A stretch of 64,000 nucleotides of DNA from a bacterium. GTDB lineage: Bacteria; UBA10199; 2-02-FULL-44-16; JAAZCA01. The stretch spans positions 69,082-133,081 of the forward strand of contig JBAZOP010000003.1 of assembly GCA_041648665.1 (NCBI GenBank), in the 5' to 3' direction. Shown piece by piece: positions 34,771 through 44,219 of the stretch. Numbering within the stretch: position 1 is the stretch's first letter; every line of letters starts with the position of its first letter. Made by a program: the position numbers and the translations under genes. A model generated the notes under the pieces. That model was given only the letters and a program-made list of their open reading frames with translations, had not been told where the DNA came from and did no database searches.

Positions 34771-35468
34771 GGTCCGAACCCATCCAATCTCGGCCTGATC
34801 CCGGCCTTCCGCAGCTGATCGAACGCTGTTTGCGCGCACCTGTGCAGAGTGCCGATCCGTTCATCCGCAATCCGCAGCTGGTTCCGCAGCGCCTGATTCT
34901 CCGCCGCGGCATCCTCGCGAGAAGCAATCTCCTTCTCGTACAGGTCGGACGCTTCGTGCGCGATCTTCTTCCACGCCGCGAGCTTCGATCCGTAGATCGA
35001 CTCGGCGTCGTTGACGAGAGCGCCGATGCGCGCCTCGATCTGCTCAACGGTTGCGGTCGAGGGGCTCAGGTTCGCAGCCCTGGCGAACCGCTCGCGCAGA
35101 TCCGACTCGGGCTGGCGGACGGCGAAAGAATAGAGCCTGCCTTCGGGGATGTCCGTCAGATCGAACGTGGACACCATGACGTGAGCGTTCCACTCTTCTC
35201 TCGTCGGGTTCTCGACGAGCACTGTGACCCTTTCTCCAGTTCGCAGGACAACCGGCTCGTATGTGCGGTAGCAATCCCTGTCAAAGACGGTGCGACGACC
35301 CGCTGTGACAGTCCGTATGTAAAGCGCGCCGGTCGTCTCCCATACATCAACCAGCTGCACGAGCTTCTCAGCGACGTACATAAGAGTCTGTGACCCACCA
35401 GATGGGATCGGGCTCGAACTGGTCAGATTGTGCTCGGACATTCTGCCTCTCATGTTCTCGATCTTCAT
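34767..35468 (-). CDS. hypothetical protein (~233 aa)
   Basis: Trimmed to MKIENMRGRM... Confidence 0.55.
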   Translation of the reverse strand: MKIENMRGRMSEHNLTSSSPIPSGGSQTLMYVAEKLVQLVDVWETTGALYIRTVTAGRRTVFDRDCYRTYEPVVLRTGERVTVLVENPTREEWNAHVMVSTFDLTDIPEGRLYSFAVRQPESDLRERFARAANLSPSTATVEQIEARIGALVNDAESIYGSKLAAWKKIAHEASDLYEKEIASREDAAAENQALRNQLRIADERIGTLHRCAQTAFDQLRKAGIRPRLDGFGP

Positions 35469-36022
35469 GATCTTACCTTCCCCTTCGGCGTTGTCGCCAC
35501 TTCGTGTAGCCTCCGCCAGATCGCCTGCGCCTCCCCGAGCGGCATCACGCGGTGTTCGCATCCGTTCGGAACCCCCAGAACCGACATCTGCGTATCGGCG
35601 GCCATCCTCGACGGAAACATGAGCACCTTGTCGTGTAGAGTCGCCCAGCCGCCTCCGATGTACCACAGCCACTCGCCGTTGTGTGCCTTCTGGACACGCC
35701 CTAGCACCCACGGCTGGCCAATCTCGTCATCGACTTCCTCGACCGGGGGCTCAGCCGTGGTCTTCTCGTCAGGGACACGGATCTGCTGGAAGTCGAGTCT
35801 GCGCAGGTAGTGCGTATCGCTGCTGTAGCGGGCCTTCCCACTGACACGAAGTCGGCCAACACAGGGCTCCCCTGGCTTCGCGCCGCAGCACTTGCACGTC
35901 ACGTACGCCACACAGACGTGCGTGCGCATGTAGCGCCCCCGCTCGTTGGGCACCACGACGAACACCATGTTCTTATGCCCAGCGGCGATGATCGGAGCGG
36001 AAGGGTACGGTTTCTTAGTCAT
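35465..36022 (-). CDS. hypothetical protein (185 aa)
   Basis: ORF track entry; protein-like translation. Confidence 0.55.
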   Translation of the reverse strand: MTKKPYPSAPIIAAGHKNMVFVVVPNERGRYMRTHVCVAYVTCKCCGAKPGEPCVGRLRVSGKARYSSDTHYLRRLDFQQIRVPDEKTTAEPPVEEVDDEIGQPWVLGRVQKAHNGEWLWYIGGGWATLHDKVLMFPSRMAADTQMSVLGVPNGCEHRVMPLGEAQAIWRRLHEVATTPKGKVRS

Positions 36023-36031
36023 CTCGACGCC

Positions 36032-36331
36032 TCAATCGTAGTACGCCACGCTCAGCATCTTGTAGAGAGCGAACGGAACACCTTGTTCCAGCATGTACCC
36101 CACAACTCTCTTGCCAACCATCTCGTCCCTGTCGCGGGCCTTGGCAAAGACGCGAAGCATGTGCGCCTGCCACAGCGTTGGGCTCAGCTCCCCGCGCTCC
36201 CACTTCGAGACGGTCATCTCATGCACGCCGAGAAGCTGTCCGAGCCTCGCCTCCGTCATGGAGAGAGCTTTGCGCAACCGGGTGATGCCCCTTGGGCGCA
36301 TGCTGAAGGTGGTTTCTGTGAAGGTCTTCAT
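36032..36331 (-). CDS. XRE-family HTH transcriptional regulator
   Basis: LSMTEARLGQLLGVHEMTVSKWERGELSP is a canonical HTH_XRE. Confidence 0.6.
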   Translation of the reverse strand: MKTFTETTFSMRPRGITRLRKALSMTEARLGQLLGVHEMTVSKWERGELSPTLWQAHMLRVFAKARDRDEMVGKRVVGYMLEQGVPFALYKMLSVAYYD

Positions 36332-36639
36332 GACTTCTCTACCGGCACCTGGGCTCGCAGCCTGGGGATAGCCAGTTCGCAAGTCCGCAATCCGACCGCT
36401 AAAGGCATGGGCAACTTCTCGATCCCACCGATCGAGTTCACGTACTCGCGAGCCTTCTTCGTGCAGCGCTCCAGATCGCCCATCTCCCGCTCGCGCTCTG
36501 GAGTGCCGGGCGCAGTGCCCTGCGCAGCCAACAGAAGGTGCATCTTCGCTTCCGCCAATAGATCAACCACGCGGAGCAACTCAGGTGTGAGTTTCACGGC
36601 TTCACCAGCCGCAAATGCGTCTTCGCCGCCGCCATCCAC
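36328..36639 (-). CDS. hypothetical protein
   Basis: ORF track entry; moderately protein-like. Confidence 0.35.
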   Translation of the reverse strand: MDGGGEDAFAAGEAVKLTPELLRVVDLLAEAKMHLLLAAQGTAPGTPEREREMGDLERCTKKAREYVNSIGGIEKLPMPLAVGLRTCELAIPRLRAQVPVEKS

Positions 36640-36842
36640 TTGGCGATCTGCTGATCGGCCTCCCGCTCCACCTCGTCCTTGGTCTCGTCATCGAAGGCCG
36701 CGGCGTAGATGACCTCCAGTGGGTGTTTCAGATCGTACTCTTCCCCTCGCGCGAGCACGACCTTCTTGGCGATCTTGGTGACGCTGTTCCAGTACACAAC
36801 GAGTTCGCGTTCCCCAACGGCTGCAAGTCTGACGAATGCCAT
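36594..36842 (-). CDS. hypothetical protein (~82 aa)
   Basis: Trimmed to MAFVRLAAVGER... Confidence 0.4.
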   Translation of the reverse strand: MAFVRLAAVGERELVVYWNSVTKIAKKVVLARGEEYDLKHPLEVIYAAAFDDETKDEVEREADQQIAKWMAAAKTHLRLVKP

Positions 36843-36853
36843 ACTTCCTCCGT

Positions 36854-37084
36854 TCAGCAGGGAGCGCAGCCAGGGTGAGTAGGGCAGTACACCTCGCACT
36901 CCTGCGCGTCCTCCTCCACGGCGTCCTCGTCCGACGCTTCCTCAGACCCAGCGTCCTCCTGCTGGGCGTCGGGCGCAACCTCGCTCTCCGCCTCCCCTGC
37001 GTCGGGCACCTGATCCCCAGAGCCGATGTTCACCGACCCGCCGCATGCGGCCAACAAAACCAACAACCACCCGTACCTGATCAT
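36854..37084 (-). CDS. acidic lipoprotein (76 aa)
   Basis: Signal peptide and lipobox LLAAC; D/E-rich mature part ending in CPTHPGCAPC. Confidence 0.5.
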   Translation of the reverse strand: MIRYGWLLVLLAACGGSVNIGSGDQVPDAGEAESEVAPDAQQEDAGSEEASDEDAVEEDAQECEVYCPTHPGCAPC

Positions 37085-37473
37085 GCCATTCCTCCCTTAC
37101 TGTTGACGCCCATCGCAAACGAGCCCGGGGCCTGCCCAGCGAGTGCTTCCGCCATGTTCACAAAGGGGCACTCGATGCCCTTCACCTTCAGGGCTCCGAT
37201 GAGCTGAAGCCCGATGTGCCCACCCTTCATCAGCTCGCATTCCTGATAGATGATCGCGCGCGTCGTATCTGTCATCCCGGGCTCGGTGCCGTTCCACAGC
37301 GCGGCGGCGTGCGTCCACTGCTTCGCGAACTGCTCCTGCGACATGTTGGGCTTTCCGCAGAGGATCGTGAACTCCTTGCCTTGCATCTTGAGTACGACAG
37401 TAATCTGGTTCGGATAGTAGGCGCAGAAGATGTCGGCGGCAGGGAAGCCCAGCCTGCGCAGGGCCTCCCACAT
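37081..37473 (-). CDS. hypothetical protein (~130 aa)
   Basis: Trimmed to MWEALRRLGF... Confidence 0.45.
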   Translation of the reverse strand: MWEALRRLGFPAADIFCAYYPNQITVVLKMQGKEFTILCGKPNMSQEQFAKQWTHAAALWNGTEPGMTDTTRAIIYQECELMKGGHIGLQLIGALKVKGIECPFVNMAEALAGQAPGSFAMGVNSKGGMA

Positions 37474-37547
37474 TGCGAGCACTTCCCGGATCGGCGCGGG
37501 GATGTGGCGCGGTTGGATGGGTCGAACGCGGGGGCTCTTGGCTTTGG

Positions 37548-37751
37548 TCACGACTTCTTCTCCTGTATCCGACCGTACATCACACCCCACGAGAAGCGCC
37601 AAATAACGAACGACACGCCGCATTCGTCGAACTCAATAGCGAGCCAGCGGATCCAGACGGATCCTTCGATCAGGCGGCACGCGTAAGGCTTGACCCAGAA
37701 GGGCAGATCCAGCACCTGCCATGCCTTGCCGAAGCGGCGGAGCACTTTCAC
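37548..37751 (-). CDS. small Trp-rich protein (67 aa)
   Basis: ORF track entry. Confidence 0.4.
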   Translation of the reverse strand: MKVLRRFGKAWQVLDLPFWVKPYACRLIEGSVWIRWLAIEFDECGVSFVIWRFSWGVMYGRIQEKKS

Positions 37752-38569
37752 GGCTCCACCTCGTAGCTCGTGATCACAACCTCGCCGACCTTACCCCGCT
37801 TGCTGGCGTCGCAGTTCACGTTGCGCCGCGCCGAGACGGAGTGGATGCGGAAGCCGCCGAACATCTCGCGCACCTCGGGCGTGTCGGCCTGCGACAGCAT
37901 CACGTACGCGCCTCGCTGCCTTGCCTCGCAGCAAGACGCGCGGAGCCGCTTCAAGTCCTCCAGGCCGAAGCCGCCCGGCGTGTACGTCGTGAAGTTCGCT
38001 GTCTTGGTTAGAGGCACATAAGGCGGGTCACAGTAAGCCAGCGAGCCCTCCTCCGCGTTCGCTATGATGCTCTGAAAGTCCGCGCACATGATGCGAGCCT
38101 TCTGAAGAGCCGCGGAGCACGCGCGAAGGTTCTCTTCGTCACACGTCGTCGGCAGCTTGTCGTCCTTCCACTTGCCCCACGGCACGTTGAAGCCACCGCT
38201 CTTGTTGACGCGATAGAGGCCGTTGAAGTCGGTGTGATTCAGGTAGATCGTCCTGGCAGCCGCCGCGGCAGGGGACAGATCCGCTGGCTTCAGGCTGCGC
38301 AGCGCGTAGTACCGCTTCTCGTCGATCGGCAACTTCTTCAGCTCGTGAATCACGGAACCCACCTGAAGGGCGACTGCTAGGTAGCAGCTCACAAGCTCCA
38401 GGTTGGCGTCGGAGACGGTTGCGTGCTCCGGTGCCAGATCGAAGAACATCGCGCCGCCGCCAAGGAACGGCTCGTAGTAGTGGTTGAAGCTCTTCGGCAT
38501 CAGCGCGCGAAGCTGTGGGAGAAGCTGGGTCTTCCCACCTGCCCAACGGAGCAGGGGATAAGCCTTCAC
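37748..38569 (-). CDS. dam: DNA adenine methyltransferase (Dam/D12 class)
   Basis: N-terminal YPLLRWAGGK motif and DPPY motif IV (AYCDPPYVPL). GTG start at 38569; the track start at 38731 adds R-rich antisense. Confidence 0.85.
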   Translation of the reverse strand: MKAYPLLRWAGGKTQLLPQLRALMPKSFNHYYEPFLGGGAMFFDLAPEHATVSDANLELVSCYLAVALQVGSVIHELKKLPIDEKRYYALRSLKPADLSPAAAAARTIYLNHTDFNGLYRVNKSGGFNVPWGKWKDDKLPTTCDEENLRACSAALQKARIMCADFQSIIANAEEGSLAYCDPPYVPLTKTANFTTYTPGGFGLEDLKRLRASCCEARQRGAYVMLSQADTPEVREMFGGFRIHSVSARRNVNCDASKRGKVGEVVITSYEVEP

Positions 38570-39081
38570 GTCGCCCCCGTCATGCGTCGGACATGCGTCA
38601 CGAAGTCCTGCCCTGGCCGCACGTTGTGCTTCTCCAGGTAGTGGGCGAAGCCCTCGGGCCACACGAACGTCCCATCGGTCAGGTCTGCGTCGCCCATCTC
38701 CGCGTCGTCGATGCCGCACTTGAAGCGGCACGTGGAGTAACCGAAGTAGCGCTCCAGGACGCGACCCTTGCGCAGGTACGCGATCACCATGCCGCGCTCG
38801 GCAGGATCCCAGGAAGGGTCAACGAAGTCCTTCGGATCCGGAAGAGACAGCAACGATTGCAGACGAACGTTGCCCGCGAGCCACGTGAGAATGCCAAGTG
38901 ATCGAGGAGTCTGGATAGCCTCAATGAGCCTGTGGAAATCCGATGGCTGCCTATCGGCTGACGGCGGTCTCCAGTACCCGATAGCCCGAAGCCCTTGCGT
39001 GCCCTCGATATTGTCGGGGTGCTTAGGCAGAACCATCGACTTAGGCTGCTCGATCACGGCGTCGCCCCCATCTCCTTGCAC
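38566..39081 (-). CDS. hypothetical protein (171 aa)
   Basis: GTGA overlap with dam. Confidence 0.55.
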   Translation of the reverse strand: MQGDGGDAVIEQPKSMVLPKHPDNIEGTQGLRAIGYWRPPSADRQPSDFHRLIEAIQTPRSLGILTWLAGNVRLQSLLSLPDPKDFVDPSWDPAERGMVIAYLRKGRVLERYFGYSTCRFKCGIDDAEMGDADLTDGTFVWPEGFAHYLEKHNVRPGQDFVTHVRRMTGAT

Positions 39082-39254
39082 CCTGCATGCTTGGCCTTGA
39101 ACACCGCTTCCGTCCAGCGCCAGTCGTGGAGACTGATCGGGTACTTGCGGACCTCACCCTTCCCACAACGGGCGCAGCGGATGGCGCACTGATTGTCGCT
39201 GACCATCTCGACCACGCCCCACGTCACCTCGACCGGCTTGCTGTCCTTACCCAT
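39054..39254 (-). CDS. small Cys-rich protein (66 aa)
   Basis: CAIRCARCG motif. Confidence 0.45.
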   Translation of the reverse strand: MGKDSKPVEVTWGVVEMVSDNQCAIRCARCGKGEVRKYPISLHDWRWTEAVFKAKHAGCKEMGATP

Positions 39255-39618
39255 CGACGACCTCCATCACTTCCACGCCCGCCTTCCGCGCTTGGCGCAC
39301 ACAATCCTCCGTGCCTTTTCCGCCCGGGAATGCCACGACGAGATCCGGCTTGCCTTCATCGAGCATGCGCCGGTTGCGGATCGGCCCCGCCGCATACCCG
39401 TCCCGATCCCAGTTGGCGGGGAACGAGAACAGATCGCACTTGAACACGTCTGCGATGTGAAACGTTCGCAGAACCCACTGCGCCGCGAGTGTGTCGGCTC
39501 CGCGTGCTGCGCCGTGGATGAGCGCGTCGATGCCACGCTCCGCATGCAGCTTGTCGAGAACCTCGAACACGCGCTCGCGGTTGGCGTAGTCCCTGCCGCC
39601 GCAGACCAGTACGCGCAT
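39247..39618 (-). CDS. DUF2493/SLOG-like Rossmann protein (~123 aa)
   Basis: Trimmed to MRVLVCGGRDYANRER...; the GGRDY pattern is typical of phage-associated SLOG/DUF2493 proteins. Confidence 0.5.
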   Translation of the reverse strand: MRVLVCGGRDYANRERVFEVLDKLHAERGIDALIHGAARGADTLAAQWVLRTFHIADVFKCDLFSFPANWDRDGYAAGPIRNRRMLDEGKPDLVVAFPGGKGTEDCVRQARKAGVEVMEVVDG

Positions 39619-39845
39619 CACAGTCCAGCCTTCCTGCGCATGGCAGCAACGTTGCTGGCCGACAGCGCCAACGATGCGCGACTCTCCGCCCGCGCTTCTG
39701 GCGACTTCACGGAGAAGCGCCGATACCCGTTGCGGCCAATCGGGCAGTCGTAGCACTCGTACTCCGCTCCGTACCCAAACCCGTAGTCGGGCGTGGTCAG
39801 TCCGACACGCTCGGATCCGCACCAGATGCACTTTACGCCGCTCAT
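39618..39845 (-). CDS. zinc-ribbon protein (~75 aa)
   Basis: CIWCG...CYDCP motifs. Confidence 0.45.
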   Translation of the reverse strand: MSGVKCIWCGSERVGLTTPDYGFGYGAEYECYDCPIGRNGYRRFSVKSPEARAESRASLALSASNVAAMRRKAGL

Positions 39846-40882
39846 CGGATCTCCGTGGCGGAAACCCCGCCCTTCAGGCCGGGGAGGAGCCGCGTCCTCC
39901 ATGCGTTGTAGGTCAGGAAACGCACATCTGCTGGCTTCGCGTTCTGGCAAAGGCGCTTACCATCTGCCACTGCGAGCAGGCTGATCCTCCCAGCCATCGT
40001 CCCGCCAACGTAGACCAACCCGTACTTCGGGTGCGTGACCAGCGATCCTCGCTTCAGTCCACGACTGCGCGTGCCCCCGTACGCCTTGCGAACCCCGCCC
40101 TTCGCGGGCTGAAGCATGTGCAGTTGTCGCCGATGCAGTCGGATCGGCGAGACGCACATCATCCGCTTGTTCTCTGGCAGAATGTGCCCACCGACGTACC
40201 AGTTGGCGAGCACCCAGCTGTCCACGCAGTGCGCCTCGAAGACTTCCGACATCTTCGACTTGGACTTCTTGAGCCCCGCGGCATTGCGCAGCTCGAACGT
40301 CTCCCACCCTTGCTTCACGTGCACGTTGCCGAAACGCTTCAGCTCTTCGTAAAACCACGCCTTACCGACTTCGAGCGGGGAGAAGCTGCGGTTCCACTTC
40401 CGCTGCCACTTCTTGGTCTTCGCCCTGATGTCCTCGACGGCGATGTCGGTGATCGGAAACACCTTCGCGAGCTGCTCGACGATGCGCAACTTCCACTGCC
40501 ATCGTGCCTTCGTGCTCGGAGGAAGACCCCCGCGAGCACGGTTCTTCCTGCACGCCCGATAAGGCGTCTTACGGGACCGACGCGCCCGACGCATGTTGTG
40601 GCGCACCTCCACGGCATCCTTGACGTGCCGCACAGCATCCGCCTGGATGTTGAGCAGCGTGTGCGCCTCAGACTTGACCGTGAACCCTTCCTTCTTCGAT
40701 CCGGGATCGATTCCAACCACAACTGGCTGCAAGACTCGACTAGACGGCTCAACGTTCAGGCGGATGCAGAAGATGCCTCGCTTCCAGAAGGGCGTTGCCT
40801 TCCTCGATGCGACCATCTGCCGCGCTCGCTTTTCCGAGCACGGCATCAATGGCATCCGCTGACTGTCAACAACTGGAACCAC
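39842..40882 (-). CDS. isrB: IsrB (HNH-less IscB-type OMEGA RNA-guided nickase)
   Basis: N-terminal PLMP motif (QRMPLMPCSEK); RuvC-I QPVVVGIDPGSKKEG; Arg-rich bridge helix; RuvC-II IAVEDIR; RuvC-III EAHCVDSW; no HNH insert. Strong positional match to OgeuIscB blocks. Confidence 0.8.
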   Translation of the reverse strand: MVPVVDSQRMPLMPCSEKRARQMVASRKATPFWKRGIFCIRLNVEPSSRVLQPVVVGIDPGSKKEGFTVKSEAHTLLNIQADAVRHVKDAVEVRHNMRRARRSRKTPYRACRKNRARGGLPPSTKARWQWKLRIVEQLAKVFPITDIAVEDIRAKTKKWQRKWNRSFSPLEVGKAWFYEELKRFGNVHVKQGWETFELRNAAGLKKSKSKMSEVFEAHCVDSWVLANWYVGGHILPENKRMMCVSPIRLHRRQLHMLQPAKGGVRKAYGGTRSRGLKRGSLVTHPKYGLVYVGGTMAGRISLLAVADGKRLCQNAKPADVRFLTYNAWRTRLLPGLKGGVSATEIR

Positions 40883-41100
40883 AAATCACCTCAAGAAGAA
40901 TGCCCGTAAGGGCCTTGTGTATGCGCCACTTCGACACCTTCCGGCCGAGGGAAGCGGGGCTAGTGGGGCACCCCGCATGTCGCTCGCCCTGCCACGGGCA
41001 GCCGGTTCGGTTGGCGGCACGGAGCCGCCCTGTCTAGTCAACCGTTTGGTCTCTCTGGTCCGCATGGCTTTGCTTTCCTTCAAGCCCCTGCCTTTAGGGA
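40883..41100 (-). ncRNA. candidate omegaRNA scaffold for IsrB (upstream of isrB)
   Basis: ~220-nt GC-rich region immediately 5' of isrB with multiple potential stems (gccctgccacgggcagccgg, ggcggcacggagccgcc). IscB/IsrB omegaRNAs are encoded at this position. Confidence 0.35.
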
Positions 41101-41311
41101 GGGGTGGTTGACTGTAGTAGTAATGCGAGGAAGGGTGCACTTCCTGCAACTGGCACACGATCTGCGACCGCTCGAACTCGATGTACGGCCCGCGCCCGCC
41201 GATCACAACCCGTCGGTACCCGACCGAGAACAAGACGCCGGTCTCGGTGTAGAGGCGCATCATGGTCGAGCCTTCAACCGGAATGCGCAAGCGAGCAGCG
41301 TAGTCTTGCAT
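40886..41311 (-). pseudogene. ORF possibly disrupted by the IsrB element insertion
   Basis: The first ~70 aa (MQDYAARLRIPVEG...SSHYYY) are protein-like; the remainder is R/P-rich and coincides with the putative omegaRNA. Confidence 0.25.
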
Positions 41312-41868
41312 CAGCCCTCCAGACTCTTCATGCGCAGCACCACCGGCAGCATATCCTTCCGCGCACGCTCCGCCGCCGTTTTCCCAAAGTGCTGCTCGAT
41401 GCCTCTTGCCAGGATCTCAAACCCCCACCGAAGCCTCCACCGTACTCCGTCGTCTGCTGTGAAAATCACGTTGTCGATCCGCCCCACCTCCAGCGGGAAC
41501 AGCCACTCGTGTCTCCAGAGAGCCGCCAGGGAAAGCGGAACCATCAGATCATCCACGTCAACGAGGATGAGCGCTTCGTCGCCGCCATCGGTTGCGGGGA
41601 GGAGCACAACGGTCTGCTCGACGCCGTTGAACTCGACGGAGCCCCTGATCTGGCGGCTGATACCGGGCTCGGCACTGTACCTGTTGGCCACCTCCCGCTG
41701 ATCCCAGACCGACTCCATCGAGCTTGCCAACCCGATCACGTCTTCGAGGGAAGCGTGAACGTCGGCAAAGATAATGGGATCGCCGCATGACATTATGGCA
41801 TCTATGGCAGCGCGGCACGCCATGCTCAGCCCGGTCATGTCGGAGCGGTACACGGGACGCTTTTTCAT
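41311..41868 (-). CDS. hypothetical protein (~185 aa)
   Basis: Trimmed to MKKRPVYRSD... Confidence 0.55.
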   Translation of the reverse strand: MKKRPVYRSDMTGLSMACRAAIDAIMSCGDPIIFADVHASLEDVIGLASSMESVWDQREVANRYSAEPGISRQIRGSVEFNGVEQTVVLLPATDGGDEALILVDVDDLMVPLSLAALWRHEWLFPLEVGRIDNVIFTADDGVRWRLRWGFEILARGIEQHFGKTAAERARKDMLPVVLRMKSLEG

Positions 41869-42266
41869 CGAATCTCCTTCATCCCGAACGGCAGCGTGAA
41901 CCCCTTGGGCAGCACCCACAGGTGGTACAGGTTCGCGTGGTCAACCAACTCGGCTTGCGCTGGAAACACCTCGATTGCGACCCGGTCCTCACCGACGATC
42001 TCGTTCTTGACGCGCTGCAGTTCCTGCCAGGAGCGCACGGGGGCCTCGTCGTTGCGCCGGATCATCAGCCGCTCGACCGTGCCCCACTCCGTCACATGGT
42101 AGACGATCTGCACGACGTACACGTTGTTCTTGAACACCGCCTCGACGTTGCGCAGACTGGGGTACTTCGCCGGGTCGGGCCTGGGCACGCGCTCCCATTC
42201 GGACCAGCCCTGGCGCATGAGCTTGCGTCCGACCGACCTGGAGGCTCTGCGCTGGAGACGGCTCAC
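41865..42266 (-). CDS. hypothetical protein (133 aa)
   Basis: ORF track entry. Confidence 0.55.
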   Translation of the reverse strand: MSRLQRRASRSVGRKLMRQGWSEWERVPRPDPAKYPSLRNVEAVFKNNVYVVQIVYHVTEWGTVERLMIRRNDEAPVRSWQELQRVKNEIVGEDRVAIEVFPAQAELVDHANLYHLWVLPKGFTLPFGMKEIR

Positions 42267-42574
42267 GAGTTTGCTTCCTTCTTGCGTTCAGCGTCCATCT
42301 CCAAGAACCGCTTGCGCTGCCGCTCCCTTTGTGCTTCAGCCTTCGCCTCCGCAGCGTCGTACTCGGCCTTGGTGCAGATCGACCAGTACGTGACCGTTTC
42401 TGTCTCCACGACAGCCAGCTGCGCGCCGCACTTTCGGCATTCCAGCTCGGAGCCCGCCCTCATCTCGTAGTAATCGTCCTGTTGGAACTCGTGGCCACAC
42501 ACGGGGCACGTGACCATCGGGGCCGCCGTTGTGGTGCTCACTGCACGTCCCTCGAAAAGAGCGGGAACATCCAC
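42263..42574 (-). CDS. zinc-ribbon protein (103 aa)
   Basis: CPVCG...CRKCG motifs. Confidence 0.5.
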   Translation of the reverse strand: MDVPALFEGRAVSTTTAAPMVTCPVCGHEFQQDDYYEMRAGSELECRKCGAQLAVVETETVTYWSICTKAEYDAAEAKAEAQRERQRKRFLEMDAERKKEANS

Positions 42575-42756
42575 ATCATGTCTGTCCTATTTCTCCTCAT
42601 CACAGCGTCCAGATGCGCCCTTTGCAGAGCATCCAGGGGCCGCTTGCTATATGCGATCGACGCGGCGACCGCTGCCCTGAGCCGTGCGCGGTTGCGTTCC
42701 ATGTACTTGCGAGCACGCCTGCGCCTCCTGCGGGCTCTGTGGCTACGAGAACTCAT
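42538..42756 (-). CDS. small basic protein (~72 aa)
   Basis: Trimmed to MSSRSHRARRRRR...; ATGA overlap. Confidence 0.3.
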   Translation of the reverse strand: MSSRSHRARRRRRRARKYMERNRARLRAAVAASIAYSKRPLDALQRAHLDAVMRRNRTDMMWMFPLFSRDVQ

Positions 42757-42986
42757 TTGTCGGCTCCGTACTTGTCCAAGTCTTCCTTCGGCCACCATGG
42801 GGGTGCCTGCTTTTTGACCACCAATGCCACCACTTCGGCCCTGAACTCCTTTGTGGCAGCGATCGACCACAGACCTCCATGCACCCATCCGTCTCTGAAC
42901 CCTGCCGAGTAAAGCGCTCTCCCGACGACAGAGATCAGCAGAACGGCTTCGGCAAACATCGCGACGAGCAGCCAAACCCACTGCAT
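42753..42986 (-). CDS. small membrane protein (~77 aa)
   Basis: MQWVWLLVAMFAEAVLLISVV. Confidence 0.45.
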   Translation of the reverse strand: MQWVWLLVAMFAEAVLLISVVGRALYSAGFRDGWVHGGLWSIAATKEFRAEVVALVVKKQAPPWWPKEDLDKYGADK

Positions 42987-43891
42987 CACGCCACCCTCTT
43001 GAGCGCCGTTGCGATCTCCGCCACGCGCTTGAAGTCTCGAACCTCGACAGCCTTCTTCAGCTCGGCCTCCATGCGCCGCGGTTGCCCATCCACGGCACGC
43101 CGCGGTTCGAGGTCGGGACGTTCGCAGTCGAATAGCTCCCGACACACCTTCCAGGTAGCGTCACCGTTCGAGTAGACGCCCCACATGTCGTTCATGTTGG
43201 TGAACACCGTGCCGCGAAACAGTCGCCCGTTCCTGCGCACGTATTTGATCTGACCGTTGAAGATCGGCTTCTTGTCCCGATCCACGTTCTGCCCACAGGT
43301 GCCTTGCCTATATTCCTTTTCTGTTGGCCAACCGCGCTCGTCTCGCTCGAAACGGATCGCCTCCCACCTCTGGTTGAAGTCCGCGAGCGGATCCGCGCGT
43401 GCAGGGTTCCGGCCCTCCATCGCGCGAAGAATCGACAGCGCGAACGGCTCCCCTGGCATCGGAGGCGACTTGCCAAAGTCCATCGTGTACCCGAACTCTA
43501 TCCACTTCTGGATGAGACGCAGCGCGGCCAGCGCTGTCTGAAGCCGGATGAGGCGAGGCATCTTCCGCATCTTGTCGAAGTCGTACCGTCCACCGTTGCG
43601 GTTCTCGACGTTGGCGACGTTCTGATAGAACATCACCTTCATCGTGCGCCCGGACTGCTCCGCGTTGAACTCTAGATCGCCGAGACGCCCATATCTGCGG
43701 CACGGGCCAAGGCACTTGTAGTGCTTCTCGATCTCTGGGTCGCGCGTCACCTTGAACCCGTGGAACTTCATGCGCTCCATCGTGCTCTGGAACGTCTTCA
43801 ACATGGCCACGTCGTCCACGTGCTCTTCCCAGACCATCACGGACGTGTCGTGGATACGGATGCGACCCTCGCGATGCCACCATTGCGTCAT
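42986..43891 (-). CDS. hypothetical protein (301 aa)
   Basis: ORF track entry; protein-like translation. Confidence 0.6.
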   Translation of the reverse strand: MTQWWHREGRIRIHDTSVMVWEEHVDDVAMLKTFQSTMERMKFHGFKVTRDPEIEKHYKCLGPCRRYGRLGDLEFNAEQSGRTMKVMFYQNVANVENRNGGRYDFDKMRKMPRLIRLQTALAALRLIQKWIEFGYTMDFGKSPPMPGEPFALSILRAMEGRNPARADPLADFNQRWEAIRFERDERGWPTEKEYRQGTCGQNVDRDKKPIFNGQIKYVRRNGRLFRGTVFTNMNDMWGVYSNGDATWKVCRELFDCERPDLEPRRAVDGQPRRMEAELKKAVEVRDFKRVAEIATALKRVA

Positions 43892-44214
43892 TGCCCGATA
43901 CCTCGTCTGCTCAGGTTCACCGGCTCGCCATCACACTCCCACAACGGGTAGTTCGGAGGGCCGCATTGATCGATATGGCAGCAGCCGACATTCAGACTTT
44001 CCCACATCTTGCACGAGCCGCAGTCGCGCATGTGGCACAGGTCGTCGAGCGCTTCGAGAAAGCAAAGCGCGCACAGCACGCCCTTCCCGTCCTTGCCCGT
44101 CCACGGCTTGGCGTGTCCGTTGCGCTCAGCGAGGCGAGCATAGCGATCGAAGTCGGCCTGCTCGTGGAGTCGCCCGCACTTCCGACAGTTGGGAGGGATG
44201 CCGTAGGTGTTCAT
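43888..44214 (-). CDS. Cys-rich protein (~108 aa)
   Basis: CRKCG...CALCF...CGSC...CCHIDQC motifs. Confidence 0.45.
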   Translation of the reverse strand: MNTYGIPPNCRKCGRLHEQADFDRYARLAERNGHAKPWTGKDGKGVLCALCFLEALDDLCHMRDCGSCKMWESLNVGCCHIDQCGPPNYPLWECDGEPVNLSRRGIGQ

Positions 44215-44219
44215 CGCGC

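Larger units (their letters stand above)
39842..41100 (-). mobile_element. non-autonomous IS200/IS605-family OMEGA element (isrB + putative omegaRNA; no tnpA)
   Basis: isrB with structured upstream RNA; the adjacent ORF 40886..41311 loses protein-like character exactly where the element begins. Confidence 0.55.
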
